64,000 bases of DNA from Nymphaea colorata (Eukaryota): positions 4,650,001-4,714,000 of the forward strand of contig NC_045138.2 of NCBI RefSeq assembly GCF_008831285.2. Direction: 5' to 3'. The position numbers were made by a program, and so were the translations under genes. Under the pieces are notes generated by a model. The model saw only the letters and a list, made by a program, of their open reading frames with translations, searched no databases and had not been told where the DNA came from. Shown here one piece after another: positions 13,346-26,992 of this stretch (position 1 is the first letter of the stretch; every line of letters begins with the position of its first letter).

Positions 13346-14468
13346 ACAACATATCCTAGTGTGTCTCTACTAAGAGGGAAAATATTAACTAATATCAAAC
13401 TAGAGGCGGAGCCAGGAATGCTATGTTGCAAGAACCAAACTGTAGTTTCAAAAGTTTAACAATTTTCAAAATTTTCACTTATGTTAAACTAAAGTTTTTG
13501 AAATATACATATAAATTTTTGAACTTTTTGAAAGGAGTCGGGGTGAGGGGGGGTGTGTGTGTGAGGGTCCGCCCCAGCACCAAGCCTGATTCCTTTCATC
13601 AAACACGATAACACTCATCCTAGAATCTTCATTCCATTCCATCACACACAGAGGCAGAGGGAAGGATTGGTCGGCAGGGGCCTTGGCCCTTTTAAGTACC
13701 CACTGCACGTGGTCTTGCCCCTTTCACTTTTAGCTTCTCATGCTCTCCGTTCGTGATAAAGACTTTATCGACCGTTTTTTTCCTCTCTCATTTGCCTTTT
13801 CCTTATTTCTTCATTGTCATCGAAGATACAAGCAGGGGCAGAGTCAGGAATTTTTCATTAGGGGCCGAATTATAGTTTCAAAATTTTTAACTACTCTGAA
13901 AATAATTTTTTTAAAATTTTTTACATCAGAAATTTTTGTAAAAATTTACATGTAATTTTTTTTTGAGGTCTAAATACCAGTGATTGCAGATCATAAAATC
14001 AGGGGAGGTGATTTCAGCTTGGACTCGTTCCAAAATCAGCGATCCCTAATGAAAAATGAGACCCTCAGGATTTGAGGTCCATAGATTTGGTATGTGACCT
14101 TTCTCACCAATCTTAATTGGATCAAGTATTTTGCTAATGTAAGAAGTAAAATGAGGATCTCAATTGTACATATATTATTCGTGGGGTCAGAGAGTGGACT
14201 CGGCAACAAAGATTAAATCTCAATTGTGCATGTTTTCAATAATTAATAAAAGAATAAGGCAAGTCTGTTGAGACTTCGTATTTGATTTTATCATCAAATA
14301 AAAGTGAATGAAATGTAATATGAGTATGTTTGTATATTTAGTAAAGTATACTATATTTCACAATTCAAAAAAATACAAACTTCTTTATTAACCAGTGCAC
14401 AACAAAAAAGAAAACGTACTTAGTTGACAATCCCAGCTAACTCGGTGGGCTTTGACTCAAGAGATCGT

Positions 14469-16380
14469 CCCTGTCCCAATGTATAAAAACAAATTAAATT
14501 AGCATAAAAATTCAAGAGATCGCAATGCATAAAAGCTTGATGAGTTAAAAAACCATAATTTTACTTCTTAAAAATATGTATAAAAAGTGGCCTTTTTCAA
14601 CAACAAAAATTTGGTTGAACATACCTATGAGCTTATTGTTCGCACCCCACTTATCACATTGTAGGCTGATAAAAATTTGGAAAAATCAAGTTTTGCTTGA
14701 AAATAGATTTTCAGAGGGAACCACCCTTGCCACCATTAATTGGGTAATCGATCCAAGATCTGAGTTTTCTCAAGCTTGACAAGTTTTCTTTTTTCCTGCA
14801 CCATGTGTGAGGATTGGAATTCGGATTTTAAAAGTTCATTTTAAGCAAAGACTTGGATTTGATTGAAAATATTTCAGTACTTCAAAATTTTGAAGATTGG
14901 GAGTTCATCCTTTAAAAGGAACTTTTTAATTAATCATGTATTTTTAGCAATTGAACCTTGAGTTGATCCCAAATTTAGAATTGGAAATTGAGAATTAGAA
15001 TATTAGATTTTGAATCCAATTGGGGATTGGGTAATTGAAGCTTTGTTCTTGAAACTAGCATCTTGGAATTGAAAATTGAAAGTTTGGGCTAGACTTTAGA
15101 ATTTCAAAGAAAGTTTGGATTTTGGGATTTGAAATGTGACTTGAAAATTCTTGGAAGCCTTGGAACCGGAATTCAGTTTGGAAGCCAAAATTGAATTTAG
15201 AAAAATTGGACTGAATAGTTGAAGTCTAGCTGAAATTTTTGGGAATCGGATATTTGATATTGAAATTTTTGGTTTGGAATTGTTGGAACTCGACCAATTC
15301 AGAATTTTTGAAAACATCTTGCGGTTTAAGATTTTGATCTTTGAATCTAGTTTTGGTATTTTGAGAGATTTGATTTGATTTGGTTGGTTTTGATCTTGAA
15401 ATGGGATTAGAAAATTGGGAATTGGGAGTCCAAGTTTAGTTTTAGGAGAATTTTCTGGATTGGAAAATTTGAAACTTTGATTTTTTTTTTTAATTTTATT
15501 AAAGGTTATGAAAATTTGCGTGAGTAGATTTTTGGATTTGAAAATCGGTTTGATTTTGAGAAAAATCCAATGGAATCGTTTTGAAATTCATTTTGAAAGT
15601 TCAGGTTTATAACCATGTTGGAAATTTTATGCTTCTGCGTCAAAATAAGCGAGGTGCTCAATTTTTTGTCACAGTATGGCTTAATCATGGAAGCAACTCC
15701 GACTTGATTCTCTTAGATTTTTAGTGAATATGAGTGGGTGCATTCATGGATGAGTGCATGTATGCACGGAATAAACTGCATGTATATTGATGCTTCACAC
15801 TATTTCTCACCGTGCATAATTAAATTTGGTCCATTTTGGAGGTGAAAAGTACAAGACTGTTCCCCAAGCACATCCTTGATGTGGATGAGCACATAAGCTT
15901 AGGTTTTAAAATTTTAGTTTTGGAAGTAGGATTTCAAAATTCATTTGATTGGCTGATTTCAACTCATCTTTTACTAGATCATAGGCAAAAGAAATTTATT
16001 TGTTTGAAAATTTGGAACATTCCAGTTTTGAAAAATTTGCTCATTGGGCAGGAATATCATTTTTGTGAATTCGTCTAAGATGAAGCATTTTGATATATTG
16101 ATGTTTGAGTTTTGATTGTGGAAATAGCTTGATATATATTGATTCTTGAAAGTGGCATGATTTTTGAAGATCATTAAAATTTTGTAAATGCGTATTCCCA
16201 AATGGGTTTTGTAAAAAATTGAATTTCTTTTGTGGTTTTGAACTTGATGGAAGTCTTTGTTTTGGATCTAGGGATTTCTTTTTGAAACACAACAAGATTA
16301 GATATTTTTGTTAATTGCTGATTTTCAAAATCATGATGATTTCTGAAAATTTCAGAAATGAATGGGTTGAGAGGGGTTCA
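14469..16380 (+). repeat. Dispersed ~1.9-kb AT-rich repeat ('Y'), unclassified TE
   Basis: Collinear copies at 31125-32633, 59945-61460, 52105-52410 (3' part) and ~46895-47220 (inverted fragment). Two copies start with CCCTGTCCCAATGTATAAAAAC. Confidence 0.85.
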
Positions 16381-17179
16381 TTTCAATTGATATAAATCGA
16401 GTGAATCAGATTCTTGGTGGAATCGATTTGAAGAGATAATGAAGTCTGATTCCTTGCTCATCCAGGGAGTAAGGAAACCATTCAGGCTTCACTCATCTTT
16501 TTTTCTTTGCATACATCATTAAAACATTCAATAACATAGACGAATGAACAACATTTTCTTCCAAGCCATAGTGGTCTTCTTTTTCCAATTTTGCACAGGT
16601 TGGAGGACTCTTCAAAAATCAGATTTTTGTTTATGGACGAAACTCAGCTTGAATACGCCATTTCCCAACTTTCAAAAATAGAAAATTTACTTTGGATTAG
16701 TTGTGAGAATTGAGATGCACGTATTCTTTTAATATGTAAATCGGACTACTTAGGGTCTGGTTTGTAGTGTCAAGCGACCAGAAATTTGGCATGCTAGTGG
16801 TCGACCAAGCTGATTATTGCAAAATAACAGAAATATTGAGCATATGACTTTGACTTGATAGAGCATGATGACGAGCTCACCATGGCTGCTGCGAGTCAGG
16901 CTACAAAATGTCGGTGAAAATAGAATGCATGTCGCTAATGGTTTTACTGACATTTTGTTCTTTTGTTGATAAAGGGAGTACCATTAAAAATCGTCACCGA
17001 CACACTGGACAGAAACGTTGGTGAAAGGTATCACCAGCGTGACCTAAACGTAGGCTGACATTGACTATTACCGACACCCTCTCGCATCGGTAATAATCTA
17101 TTATTTTACATGTTAGTGGCCTTCGGTAAAATCTCTATCGGCAGCGAGACAGTTCATCAGTAAAATATAACTTTTCACT

Positions 17180-17995
17180 CTGTTTAAACGATTCGGCATG
17201 TGAGCTAGTGTCTTCGGACTATTAGAGTACTCTACAATCAATGACTTGAGAGCAGCCATGTCACCAATTCTGTTGAGCCCATTGCACTGGTGGGCAACCA
17301 ATGACCTCTAGGATTTCCAATGACTTACTCCCTACAACTGGAGGTTGCAAAGCCTCCAACACACCGCTTTGTTCAGAAGCACTAGTGACTTTGTCAACAC
17401 CTTGTATCTGAAAGTGTAATTCCAAAATGATTAGACCAAGCTTCTCCTTAAGTAATTGCGCTTTTTCTGCAGCGGTTGCTTTTAATGTTTCCCACAAACC
17501 TTTTATTCTATCATCACTACAAGGCTTCTCCTTAAGTAATTGTGCTTCAAGCCTTGTAGTTCTCCTTGTGTTTTTTCTATCATCACATACAAGAAACTGT
17601 TTTAAGGTCGGCAAATTGCTAAGCTTGCCCAAGCCTAATATTATTCAAATTCAATGTCTCCACAGTTTCGATCCGTTATGTTGAGTAGAGATAGATGGTG
17701 AGTGCTCAGTAGCAGAGGTACGACTATATTCCTTTCTGACCTATATATAAGGCAAGATCATGTAAAATATCATATAGTTTCAGTTGCTTTTTTCAGTTTC
17801 TTCAATCAAACATCGCTTTATCAAATCATTAATACATTGATTTGCAGTCACTCCAGCATCAATCGCTTCCCTTTTCTCAATCAATCCATGAGCTAACCAT
17901 TGCATGACCAGTTCATCTCTACCTCTCCCTCCCACCAATCAAGCTCCCATATGTCATCTAAGACCAACATGAATTATTTACGAAGCATAGATTCT
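17180..17995 (-). pseudogene. Collapsed NLR pseudogene (NB-ARC and LRR remnants)
   Basis: Minus-strand translation gives, in order, a kinase-2/Walker B motif (FMLVLDDIWE, ~17947-17973), a WHD segment (ELVMQWLAHGLIEKR...CINDLIKRCLIEE), an MHD-like motif (KLYDILHDLALYIG) and LRRs (LGKLSNLPTLKQFLVCDD, VLEALQPP, CNGLNRIGDMAALKSL) homologous to the 62.3-64 kb gene. It carries stops, frameshifts and large internal deletions. Confidence 0.88.
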
Positions 17996-18865
17996 TGGAA
18001 GCCTATTTCAACAAACATAATTTTAAAAACGTGTTAAAAGCATGATAAATATATCAGTTTGGGCTGGGCCGAGTACTTGACAGAACTCGGTACTTGATCT
18101 GATTGGGTTCGAATTTGGATCCAAAAAGACCAGCCTACCTGATAACGTAACCGGTCGAACCGAGTCGGTTTGATGGGGCATGATTGGGTTTGGTATGCTA
18201 TTTAATATTTTTTATTATGAAGCAGAACTCGATTCAATTTGGTACGAGTTAATATTATTTTTATTTTAATAATGGTATATACTTTATTATTAAAAATATA
18301 TTTTGTATTAAAAGTTTTTATTTTATATTTTTTTTTTTAGTTTTAACCGGACCGGATACAAATTCGGGTTTCGGGTCTTGACCGGCCCAACATAAAACTG
18401 CAAAATGGTCGTTTCTTTGAAAAAACATAAAACAAAAAAAAAAGGTGTTTTGCATGTTTTTACATGTTTTTTGACTTTTTTTTTTAATAACAAACTGATT
18501 GTTTCCATTTTCTTATTTTTGTTTCTTGATGTTATATTTTTTTATGTTATCTTATTACTTTCTCACTCATTGGTTTTTTTCATAAATTTTAAAGATTTTT
18601 AATTTTTTTAAAGCATTACCACATTTTCAAGCTCCCTGTAAAAAACTATAGTTTAAAATGCAAAAATAATATGTGACTTTCGTCTAAACATTATAGCATA
18701 CATACATATGATTTAACTAGTGATTTGGCACCTTTTTTCCTTTTTTTTTAGTAATCAAATCTGAATCTGAATTCAATTAGATTAAACCCAGCATGAAGTT
18801 AGAAATCCAACTCATTTGAATCCCTAGACTCCTTATATATGAGCATATCATGATCAGGGTATTGC

Positions 18866-18968
18866 ATTAGCTAAGTTGGTACTTGCATTTGAACGTGTGC
18901 TGCATAAGAACCTGTGCTGCAAGTGAGCTAATACATTGCTCTTCCACCGAGCTTGTCACCCATGCCAT
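18866..18968 (-). pseudogene. Possible N-terminal CC start of the 17.2-18 kb NLR pseudogene
   Basis: MAWVTSSVEEQCISSLAAQ... lies on the same strand ~0.9 kb upstream of the NB remnant. It loosely resembles the first helix of a CC-NLR; the similarity is weak. Confidence 0.3.
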
Positions 18969-19334
18969 TCTAACCAAAAACCAACCATTGGCCCGTTTCC
19001 TATGGTGCTGACACCCATGCCACTCGAATCAGCAACCAGCCTATTGACCCAAAACAGGGTGGGAAACCCGTTTAGCGAAATCTGAATTTGATTGCCAATC
19101 CGCAACCATCTGGCAGCTATAGAAAATGAAAGCAAGAAGACCAGATGTGAAAAGAAGGTCATCTTGTTGTTTCTTCAACAATTTCAGATTTCTGGTGAAC
19201 CTCTCAGTAGCATTCCAAACCAGATGAAGTTCTGAACATCCGTCTTGAGAAAAAGAAATCAACTTTTTTTATCAATACTCCAGAAGTACCCTTCAGATAA
19301 AATCCTGGAAACTAATTTTTTCAAAGGCTATTAA

Positions 19335-19726
19335 TAGGGATGTACAATGAGCAAGCCGAGCTCGAGCTGGACCGGCTCAAACTCAACGCGACTCATATAT
19401 AGCTCGACTTGAGCTTGACTTTTTTAACTGAGTTCAAGCTTGAGCTCAACTTGCTTACGCTAGTGTTTCTTAATATATATTTTATGCTTAAAATTTTCAC
19501 AATTTTTTTAAGCCATTTTATGTTTTTGAAATTACAAAAATAAGTATTAGTGTTAAGCATGTTTAATTGAGTCGAGTTCATCCAACTCGAACTCGATGCG
19601 TTTACAAACTTGAGTTATCATTTAAGCTCGAACTTGACTAGTTTATCATACGAGTCAAGTTCGAGTCAAGCTTAATGAGCCAGTTCGAATGGAGCCCGAG
19701 TTGGCTTGACTTGAGGAACATTCCTA
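19335..19726. mobile_element. hAT-like MITE
   Basis: TAGGGATGT...ACATTCCTA ends with many GCTCGA/TCGAGC subterminal motifs; TSD degenerate. Confidence 0.6.
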
Positions 19727-19992
19727 GCAGTTCCTTTTTATAGTTTATAGTTCATGGTGAGACCACTCAAGGGTAGTTGACCTGCCCCAACTATTTTAAC
19801 TTCTTTAATTTCTGGTACCCATTTGTGTAGTTGCTTATGCATGTTCATGATGATTACAAGACACAAATAAAGAAGCCAACTTTCGTACAGCAGATGATTT
19901 TAAACTTCTAAACGACATGATATTTGAAAAATATAGTGTTATTATACATAAAAGTAACTACTCACTTCTGTCATTTTTTATCTTTGTAGTTT

Positions 19993-20050
<58 letters not shown>

Positions 20051-20733
20051 CAAATTCTTCGTCAACCAGTTAAAAGAATGAAATGGCTTCATGACAATAC
20101 TAAGAAATGTAAATATCATTATGGAAGAAGTTGATAGTTGGAATAATAATATCGTCAATTCGACAAAGTGTACCCCACCTTTAATTGTCTTTTGGGAACA
20201 TGCTACCATCTCCGACCAAACCAACTATGCTACGCCCCTTGAAAGGAAACACATGCAATTGATTTTTTTTTTCATATTAGATCCTCAAACCAGGTTTATG
20301 GACTCATATGGTTACTAATTTGTACCTATTTTTACTTTTGTATTAGAATTATAATAGGGGTATGAATGATTATGTAGCTAGAAAACAAAAAATCTTCAAG
20401 AAACGATGAATTGGTGCTGAGCATGCGGGTCCCTTGGTCATTATTTGGGTCAGACTAATTTTCAAACTAATTAACTTACATGAGCATTAACATCTCTAAC
20501 CTTTGAATGATTCAATTACTTCCCTCACTGAATGCACGGTACTGTTGGCATTCAATTAGAAGAAAGACCTACTTCGTAGTCAAAGAGTCAATAGAGGTTG
20601 CTGTAAACGATCTAATGTGAAAAAGGATCCTCTAAACTAAGTTGCTTTGGCACTATTCAGTACATTACTGGGCATAGCTCGTTATTATATATATGTGTTA
20701 CCTGATCATTACGTCACTGATCTTGGTATCCAG

Positions 20734-22460
20734 GAATGTAACGCAACGGTGGAGTTCTACTGGGCGCCTTTCTTGGTGGACTCCAACTCCGACCACCCAA
20801 AGATGTAGAGCATGTTCGTTTCCTCTTACTGATCGCTTTCTCGCCAGAAACGGCCGAGAATGGCTCCACGGAATACGACGAGATCGAGAGACCGGTGGCA
20901 TATGAAAGGGTGCTGAGGACTTGGTCAAAGTGGCCAATGCCAATATCGACGAGAGAAGAACCAAAGTCTTCTTTTGCAGCATGTCTCCTCTCCATGGAAA
21001 TCTCTTTTGTTTTTTTTTTACCATATCTAATGTGAGAGTTGGTTCTGTCCGAGACCTACCAAATAAAGTGTTAGAAAATATTTTTACATGGACAACTAAC
21101 GATGTCAATTTGAATCAGATAATCGATTGAATATAGAAAAAATTTAATATTTCATTAAGAAATTGGAATAAAAAATCCAATCAGATATGGATATGGATTT
21201 GGATCGGATTCATTTTTAGACAAATATCTTGTATTTAATGCCATTATATTTTGAAAATTGATAAAATCCCGTTCAAAATCGGAATTCGGATTTGAATATG
21301 AATCTAAAAATCAGATTCATATTCAGATTCGAATTCGAATATGACTTTTCTTTATTTGTATCCGAATCTGAACTTGAATCTGAATATATGAATGTCCGAA
21401 ATAGCATATATGATTAAGGATATATTGGATTTAAATCCCATCCTTTGACATCCTTAGGGACCTTTTTTATAAGGAACAAAATATATATATCTTTTTTAGT
21501 TTTAAAGGGCCATTCTGATGACACCATGTTCCACACAAATTGTGCAAAGGCTTTATGAAAACCTAGGTTTTCTAATGAGTTTTCAAAATTTGTTTATTTG
21601 TTTGGGTGGTACACCCAAAATCTAGTTTTATATGAATTTTAACCTAATGGGGATCAGCTTTTCTACTCTATTTTACAAAACTAGGTTTTGAGCGTGTAAA
21701 TACTCCAAAAAAACTGGTTTTGAAGTGTCATTTAAATTCTCTCCAACATATAACATCTTATTTTTCAAAAATCTTAGGGGGGGCCTTTGCTTTGCCCCTG
21801 TCCATAAGCACTTCTCTGATTTATTATTGTAAGACTTACGTTGCAAATTAAAACTACTTGTTACAGTGTTGCTAAACCAAATCAAATATGCTAAAAAGTG
21901 TTGGAGGCCTAAGCGCTCAATTTTTTACTCCTGATGGTTTCATAAATTTGTTTAAAGAATGAAGCAGACTCCTAAAATATTGTATTACAATCTTTTACAA
22001 AAATACACTAACTTTAGAACAAATTGTAACAAACTGTTTTTGTCGCAAGAACCTAACATATTCTTGAAAACTAATTTGTAAAGAACCTTGGCCCGGTAGA
22101 AGGGGCACAGCCCGCATTGCCGGTAACTTTTCCCCTAAATAATAATGCTGGATGTTGTAGGAGGATGGACTGGTTCAACCCGAACGGAATAAAGTGTTCG
22201 TTGGAGACCATGCCGATCCCGAAGAACATCTCACACTTGCCGGCGACTATTAGTGCTGGCGACGAACGTGACCTCCTCGATGAAGGTTTGACGACCTTGT
22301 CTGAGTACCAGAAAGACGCACATACATCCGTTTACACCATCCGGCAAGGCAAGCTTCTGAACCCCGAGCAGAAGGCCAACCCCGAGACTTACGCTGACTG
22401 TATATCCATTGGTGCCTGCGCTGGCTGCCCAACAGTTGGAATGAGTTCTTGAACGAGTTT
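20734..22460 (+). pseudogene. TBL29: Trichome-birefringence-like (ESK1/TBL29-type xylan O-acetyltransferase) pseudogene, 3' exons, copy A
   Basis: Exon remnants: ECNATVEFYWAPFLVDSNSDHPKM* (TAG at 20806), GSTEYDEIERPVAYERVLRTWSKW..RTKVFFCSMSPLH, and from 22161 MDWFNPNGIKCSLETMPI...LSEYQKDAHTSVYTIRQGKLLNPEQKANPETYADC[+2 frameshift]HWCLRWLPNSWNEFL. Confidence 0.9.
21097..21456. mobile_element. hAT-like MITE in the TBL intron (also in copy B, ~34553-35094, partly duplicated there)
   Basis: TAACGATGTCAA...TTGACATCCTTA inverted ends and GGAT/ATCC-rich subterminal repeats. Confidence 0.6.
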
Positions 22461-22944
22461 TGTTTTTTCTCCTTATTTATTAGTGTAATATGGTTTGTCT
22501 CCTTTGTCCAGCTAAGGTAAAAGGCAGCATGCAAGTAGGGGCTATCTATATTTTCTCTGTGTCTCACCAGTCGTATTTCTATGCTTTATTCATTTGATTA
22601 ATGGAAAACTTCTATTGCTCAGTGTTATTATTGAGAATGATAAGTAAAATGATGGTGACGGTGAGCTTGTTTAAGATGTTTGGCTGTTTATTTTTTATAA
22701 TCTAAAAACAGAAAGAGAGAGACAAGAACATCTAATAAGGGCACATAGCACCTTCCAAGATTTGAACTACCAACACAGCTACAATATGACATTCAACCTG
22801 ACCGGATGCACTACTTATCATGAAAAGTAGTTAAAGTGCATGGCCCAAGTTAGGGCCAGACATGAGACTATGTGACATGACCCATAAGAACAAAAAGATG
22901 GACCATACTTTTTACATATAAATTTGTCTTTTATTCAAAATGTA

Positions 22945-22990
<46 letters not shown>

Positions 22991-23057
22991 GAGATCGCTT
23001 TCGATCAACAACTGACTAACTTAATAACCAAACCCGTATAAAGTTTTCCAAAAAATA

Positions 23058-23112
<55 letters not shown>

Positions 23113-25659
23113 TCCACCAAATCAACTAACCTACGTATGACATAAAAATAAATGTCAGTAAGATGTTAGTAAAAGTTGAATATGAAGAAAATACATTTCA
23201 CAATTGATTTAAAATCAATTGCATTGGGTGAATTCTCATAAGTCACTTGATTCCTTCAAATTTAAACTATTTGATATAAATCTGATATGACATGTTTTTG
23301 ATTGATATGCCAAAACATCTATGGTAAAACTGATAATTCATGAAACTAAGGATCTTACGTTGGATCCTAAAATCCTTACATCACCTCTTTTTAGGATTGA
23401 GAAAATGTCAAATTTAAGATAAGTCCATGATTATTAAACCCTGAGGATTTTAGATCAAGTGCAAACAAATGTCCTCTAAGCACTTAATACGTCCCCAAGA
23501 ACAACATGCAAACATGGACAACTCGGAACTACATAGACTAGAAGAAAATCTGGGTGAAGTAACCATTTAAATCCCCAACCAGATAAGCCTGTTTGACCAA
23601 CCTCAACTAAGTCCACCAACGCAAACCCGATGACTGCTAGACATAGTAGGCCACCACAGACCCGACTACGCACCATAAACTTGGTAGAAATGGACTGGCC
23701 ACCTGAGTTGCCTAGATTGATCAAGGCCATCACTAAGTCTGAGCTAAGTTGAGTCTTCATCCATTACCAACTACATTTAGTGTTTAATCTCAATTAACAT
23801 ACCGTTAATCTCAAGTTTATCAATTTCATCACCTAATGTCGCACTTAGGAGTATCAAATTAGAGTGGGCACTTGATTTGACAAAACAAGTATGAAATTTG
23901 CTGAGTTTGTTCAAGTCAAGGCATCAATGCAGCAGGATCTTATTTCTAATTATAGCACTCAACATACCAGTCAATTTTTGAACACTAAGGCAGTTGAATT
24001 CCATGTATTCTGATCTGGAAATTCAAAAAATATTACTGTGCTTCTTCAGGTAGGTTGGGTCAAATTAATAAGAGATAAAGTGCTTCATTGTTTCCACTTT
24101 GTGTACTGTTTGTGTACTACATGCATGTTATTTGTCTGATGAACAAAAACTTCTGTTTGACAATAAGTGAAGTTCTTTATGGAGCATTTGGTAACCTCGG
24201 ATATGAGATCACTGGAATCTCAAATTCATGAATTTAAGGACAGATCTCAGCCCATTCAACCTCAAATCCGATGTTTTTGCCATAAGTGTATGGGAAACAA
24301 ATCCTCTTTCTTCACATAGAAGTAAAATCCAGTGTTTGTTTCTGCTGTGCATCCCACGTAAAAGGGATCTTAGCCAGATCAGCTTTGGAATTGAAATCTG
24401 AAGTTAATTGTCAAACACACTCTTAGTGTCTGAAGACGAAAAACGTGAACCAAAGGAACTAGGTGCTAGATATGTATAAAATATCGAACCATGCATGTGT
24501 GGAGGTTGGCATCCCTTGTACACTTGGACAGAGTTTGGGTTTAGATTTTGGGCTTGGCTCGGGCTAGTGGGCTGTTGGCTGTTTTAATTTTCATTGAACT
24601 TTTTGTAATTGTTTAGGCAAATTGAACCTTTAATGGGTTCCTTGCATTGCATTGGTAGTATGCATTGCTGACACCCATGTGAAGCTTTACTACTTTGTGA
24701 AGAGCAAACCCAAAGTAGAATATACCTTCTTTATTCAAACTGGCCGGACCTTTGATATGCATTCTCTGGTGCCTTGTTTTTTTATCGCACTTTTGAAAGG
24801 AAATCTTTATATGTCTGTGAATTTTATATGTGTCGTTTTCCTTAAAATGGAGGTTTATGCCGTGTGAGAATTTCTATTCCCATAAATTGATCCTTCGCCC
24901 ATTGATTTAAATCAACAATTATGAATATATGATGTGAATCTCAAATTTTTTAAATAAATAATTTTGAATTCTTGTTATAATCAAATATCTATATTTGAAA
25001 TTTAAAATATCAAATATGATCTCTTGGATTTTTCAAGTATGTCTTGGAGGTGAAAATGGAGAGTGTTATGCAAATGATTTAACGTTATAAAAAAAAATCT
25101 TCTCAATAAAAGAAACATTATTATTGTTAAAGATAATGTGGCGACTTATAAGAGAACAACATCTATAAAAGCAAAGATGTAATACAAATAATAATAACAT
25201 TGTTATCAGCGAGCGTGTTCATCCACCTGAATTTGCAAAAAAAATCAAGTTTCTTGACCTTATTGTAAACTGAGAGTATAAATATCAAATCTAACAATAT
25301 TGATGTTACTCAAAGCAACTAAAATTTTTGCTCAACAAAAGAAATGTTATTATTGTTGATGATAATTTTGCAACCTGTAAGGAAATGATATCTATAAAAA
25401 TAAAGAAACCAACAAATATAATAATTGCATCACTATCAACAAAGAAATTCGGCGATGCACAATTGTAATAAAAATCAAAGATATCCCTAGAGATATTGTA
25501 AACAGAGAGTATAAATATCAAATCAAACACTATGATCCTAAAGGCCATTGGTGGCCTTCCTTGGTGGAAAACCATGTTAAATCTCATGCTTTCATTACAA
25601 AACCTCTCCCAATTTTTCTTCAGGCAGTCCGACTTAGAGTGAAGGACCCTTCTCTCTCT

Positions 25660-25870
25660 ATCTAGCTATCCAACCGGACGATTACCTCCAAATTGAGCTA
25701 TCCTTTCTTCTTCTATCTTATAGTGGCGGTCCAGGAGTTGCGCATCCAGTAGTTTCTAAGGGCGTCGTAATGATCGATACTAGAGGTATTCCTGTTCTCA
25801 GATATTGTGCACCACTTGTTTTTTAAATTGCATCATTAAAGTTCTTTGAAGAACTAGACGATTTCTTTTG
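25660..25870 (+). mobile_element. Possible degenerate LINE RNase H-like remnant (also ~43520-43730)
   Basis: QPDDYLQ...KGVVMIDTRGIPVLRYCAPL loosely resembles plant L1 RNase H-like motifs (GVVIRD..G..); contains stops. Confidence 0.25.
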
Positions 25871-26992
25871 GGTATTATCTTATCTTCTGGTTTCTAGAGT
25901 CATCATGGCAAATAAAACTGTTTAGAGTTCAGCAGCAGTATTTATACTTTGCATTTGCAAATCTTTCTCTTTCTTTTTCCTTGTTAAGCACATAAGTATT
26001 GCATATGCTGAGAGGGGTGAAGCGTGGGAAGGAGGAGCATATGCGACGCTATTGGAATTGGTTGCACAACAGATGTTCTCTTCATATATACTTATGTTTC
26101 TAAAAATTTTAGTTGATGGATTTACCTTAGAGATCACATTTCCAATAGATAATACAGTAACTTCAAGTCGATCCTTACAAAATTATGAGAGCCTCACCGA
26201 CCCAAAGCAAGATTTAGTTATTAAATAACACTTCAATTTTTATATGCCTCCTTAACCTTAAAACATCTGGATGGTATGTGTTAGCTTGACTTTCAGATGA
26301 AGTTGAAAGTGATCCTGATCTGGTTTAGTGCTTTTGTCCATGTCTAGTGCACCAGGTTCGATTCTGGGCTTTTTTGGAATCGGACTGAATCAGACGCATT
26401 TGCAACCAAACTTTGACGTGCTTTAGTTGGTGGAATCCTTTTATTTTTCATATGTCCTCATTCATGGGATTTCAAATTCAAACTTTCTTTCACGTAGCAC
26501 CATCTATGTACTTTAAATGAATCTTTTTTTTCGATTTTTTCTTTACCAAAAGGTTAGTTTTGATTGGGTGAAGCATAGTTAGTTGATCAGCAGAGCGACG
26601 AAAATCTAGTTGTCAATTCGATCCCATGGAGACTACTCATCTGAATTGTAAACAGTAAATGTAGATATTTTAGTTGATATTTCACTCCAAGTTCAATGCT
26701 GCCGTGTGCCAAATGTTAAAATTTAAGAATTTGTTGTTAAAAATAATTATCAGATATGTATTACCCATGATTTATGATGCAGTGACCGTTTATAGTGACT
26801 TTAATAACGATTTATTTTAAGTTTTATCCTTCCGGCAACTACATGGCATACAACCACCTCCAACGCCGGTCTACTTCCAAGGGTCCATTGTGATTTTGGT
26901 CTACAGTGTGCCTTGCAACTTGTTTGCAAACATTCTGTTTGCAAACATTCTGTTCTCACGACTGCACTACATTCTGTTCCTACTCTTATGTG

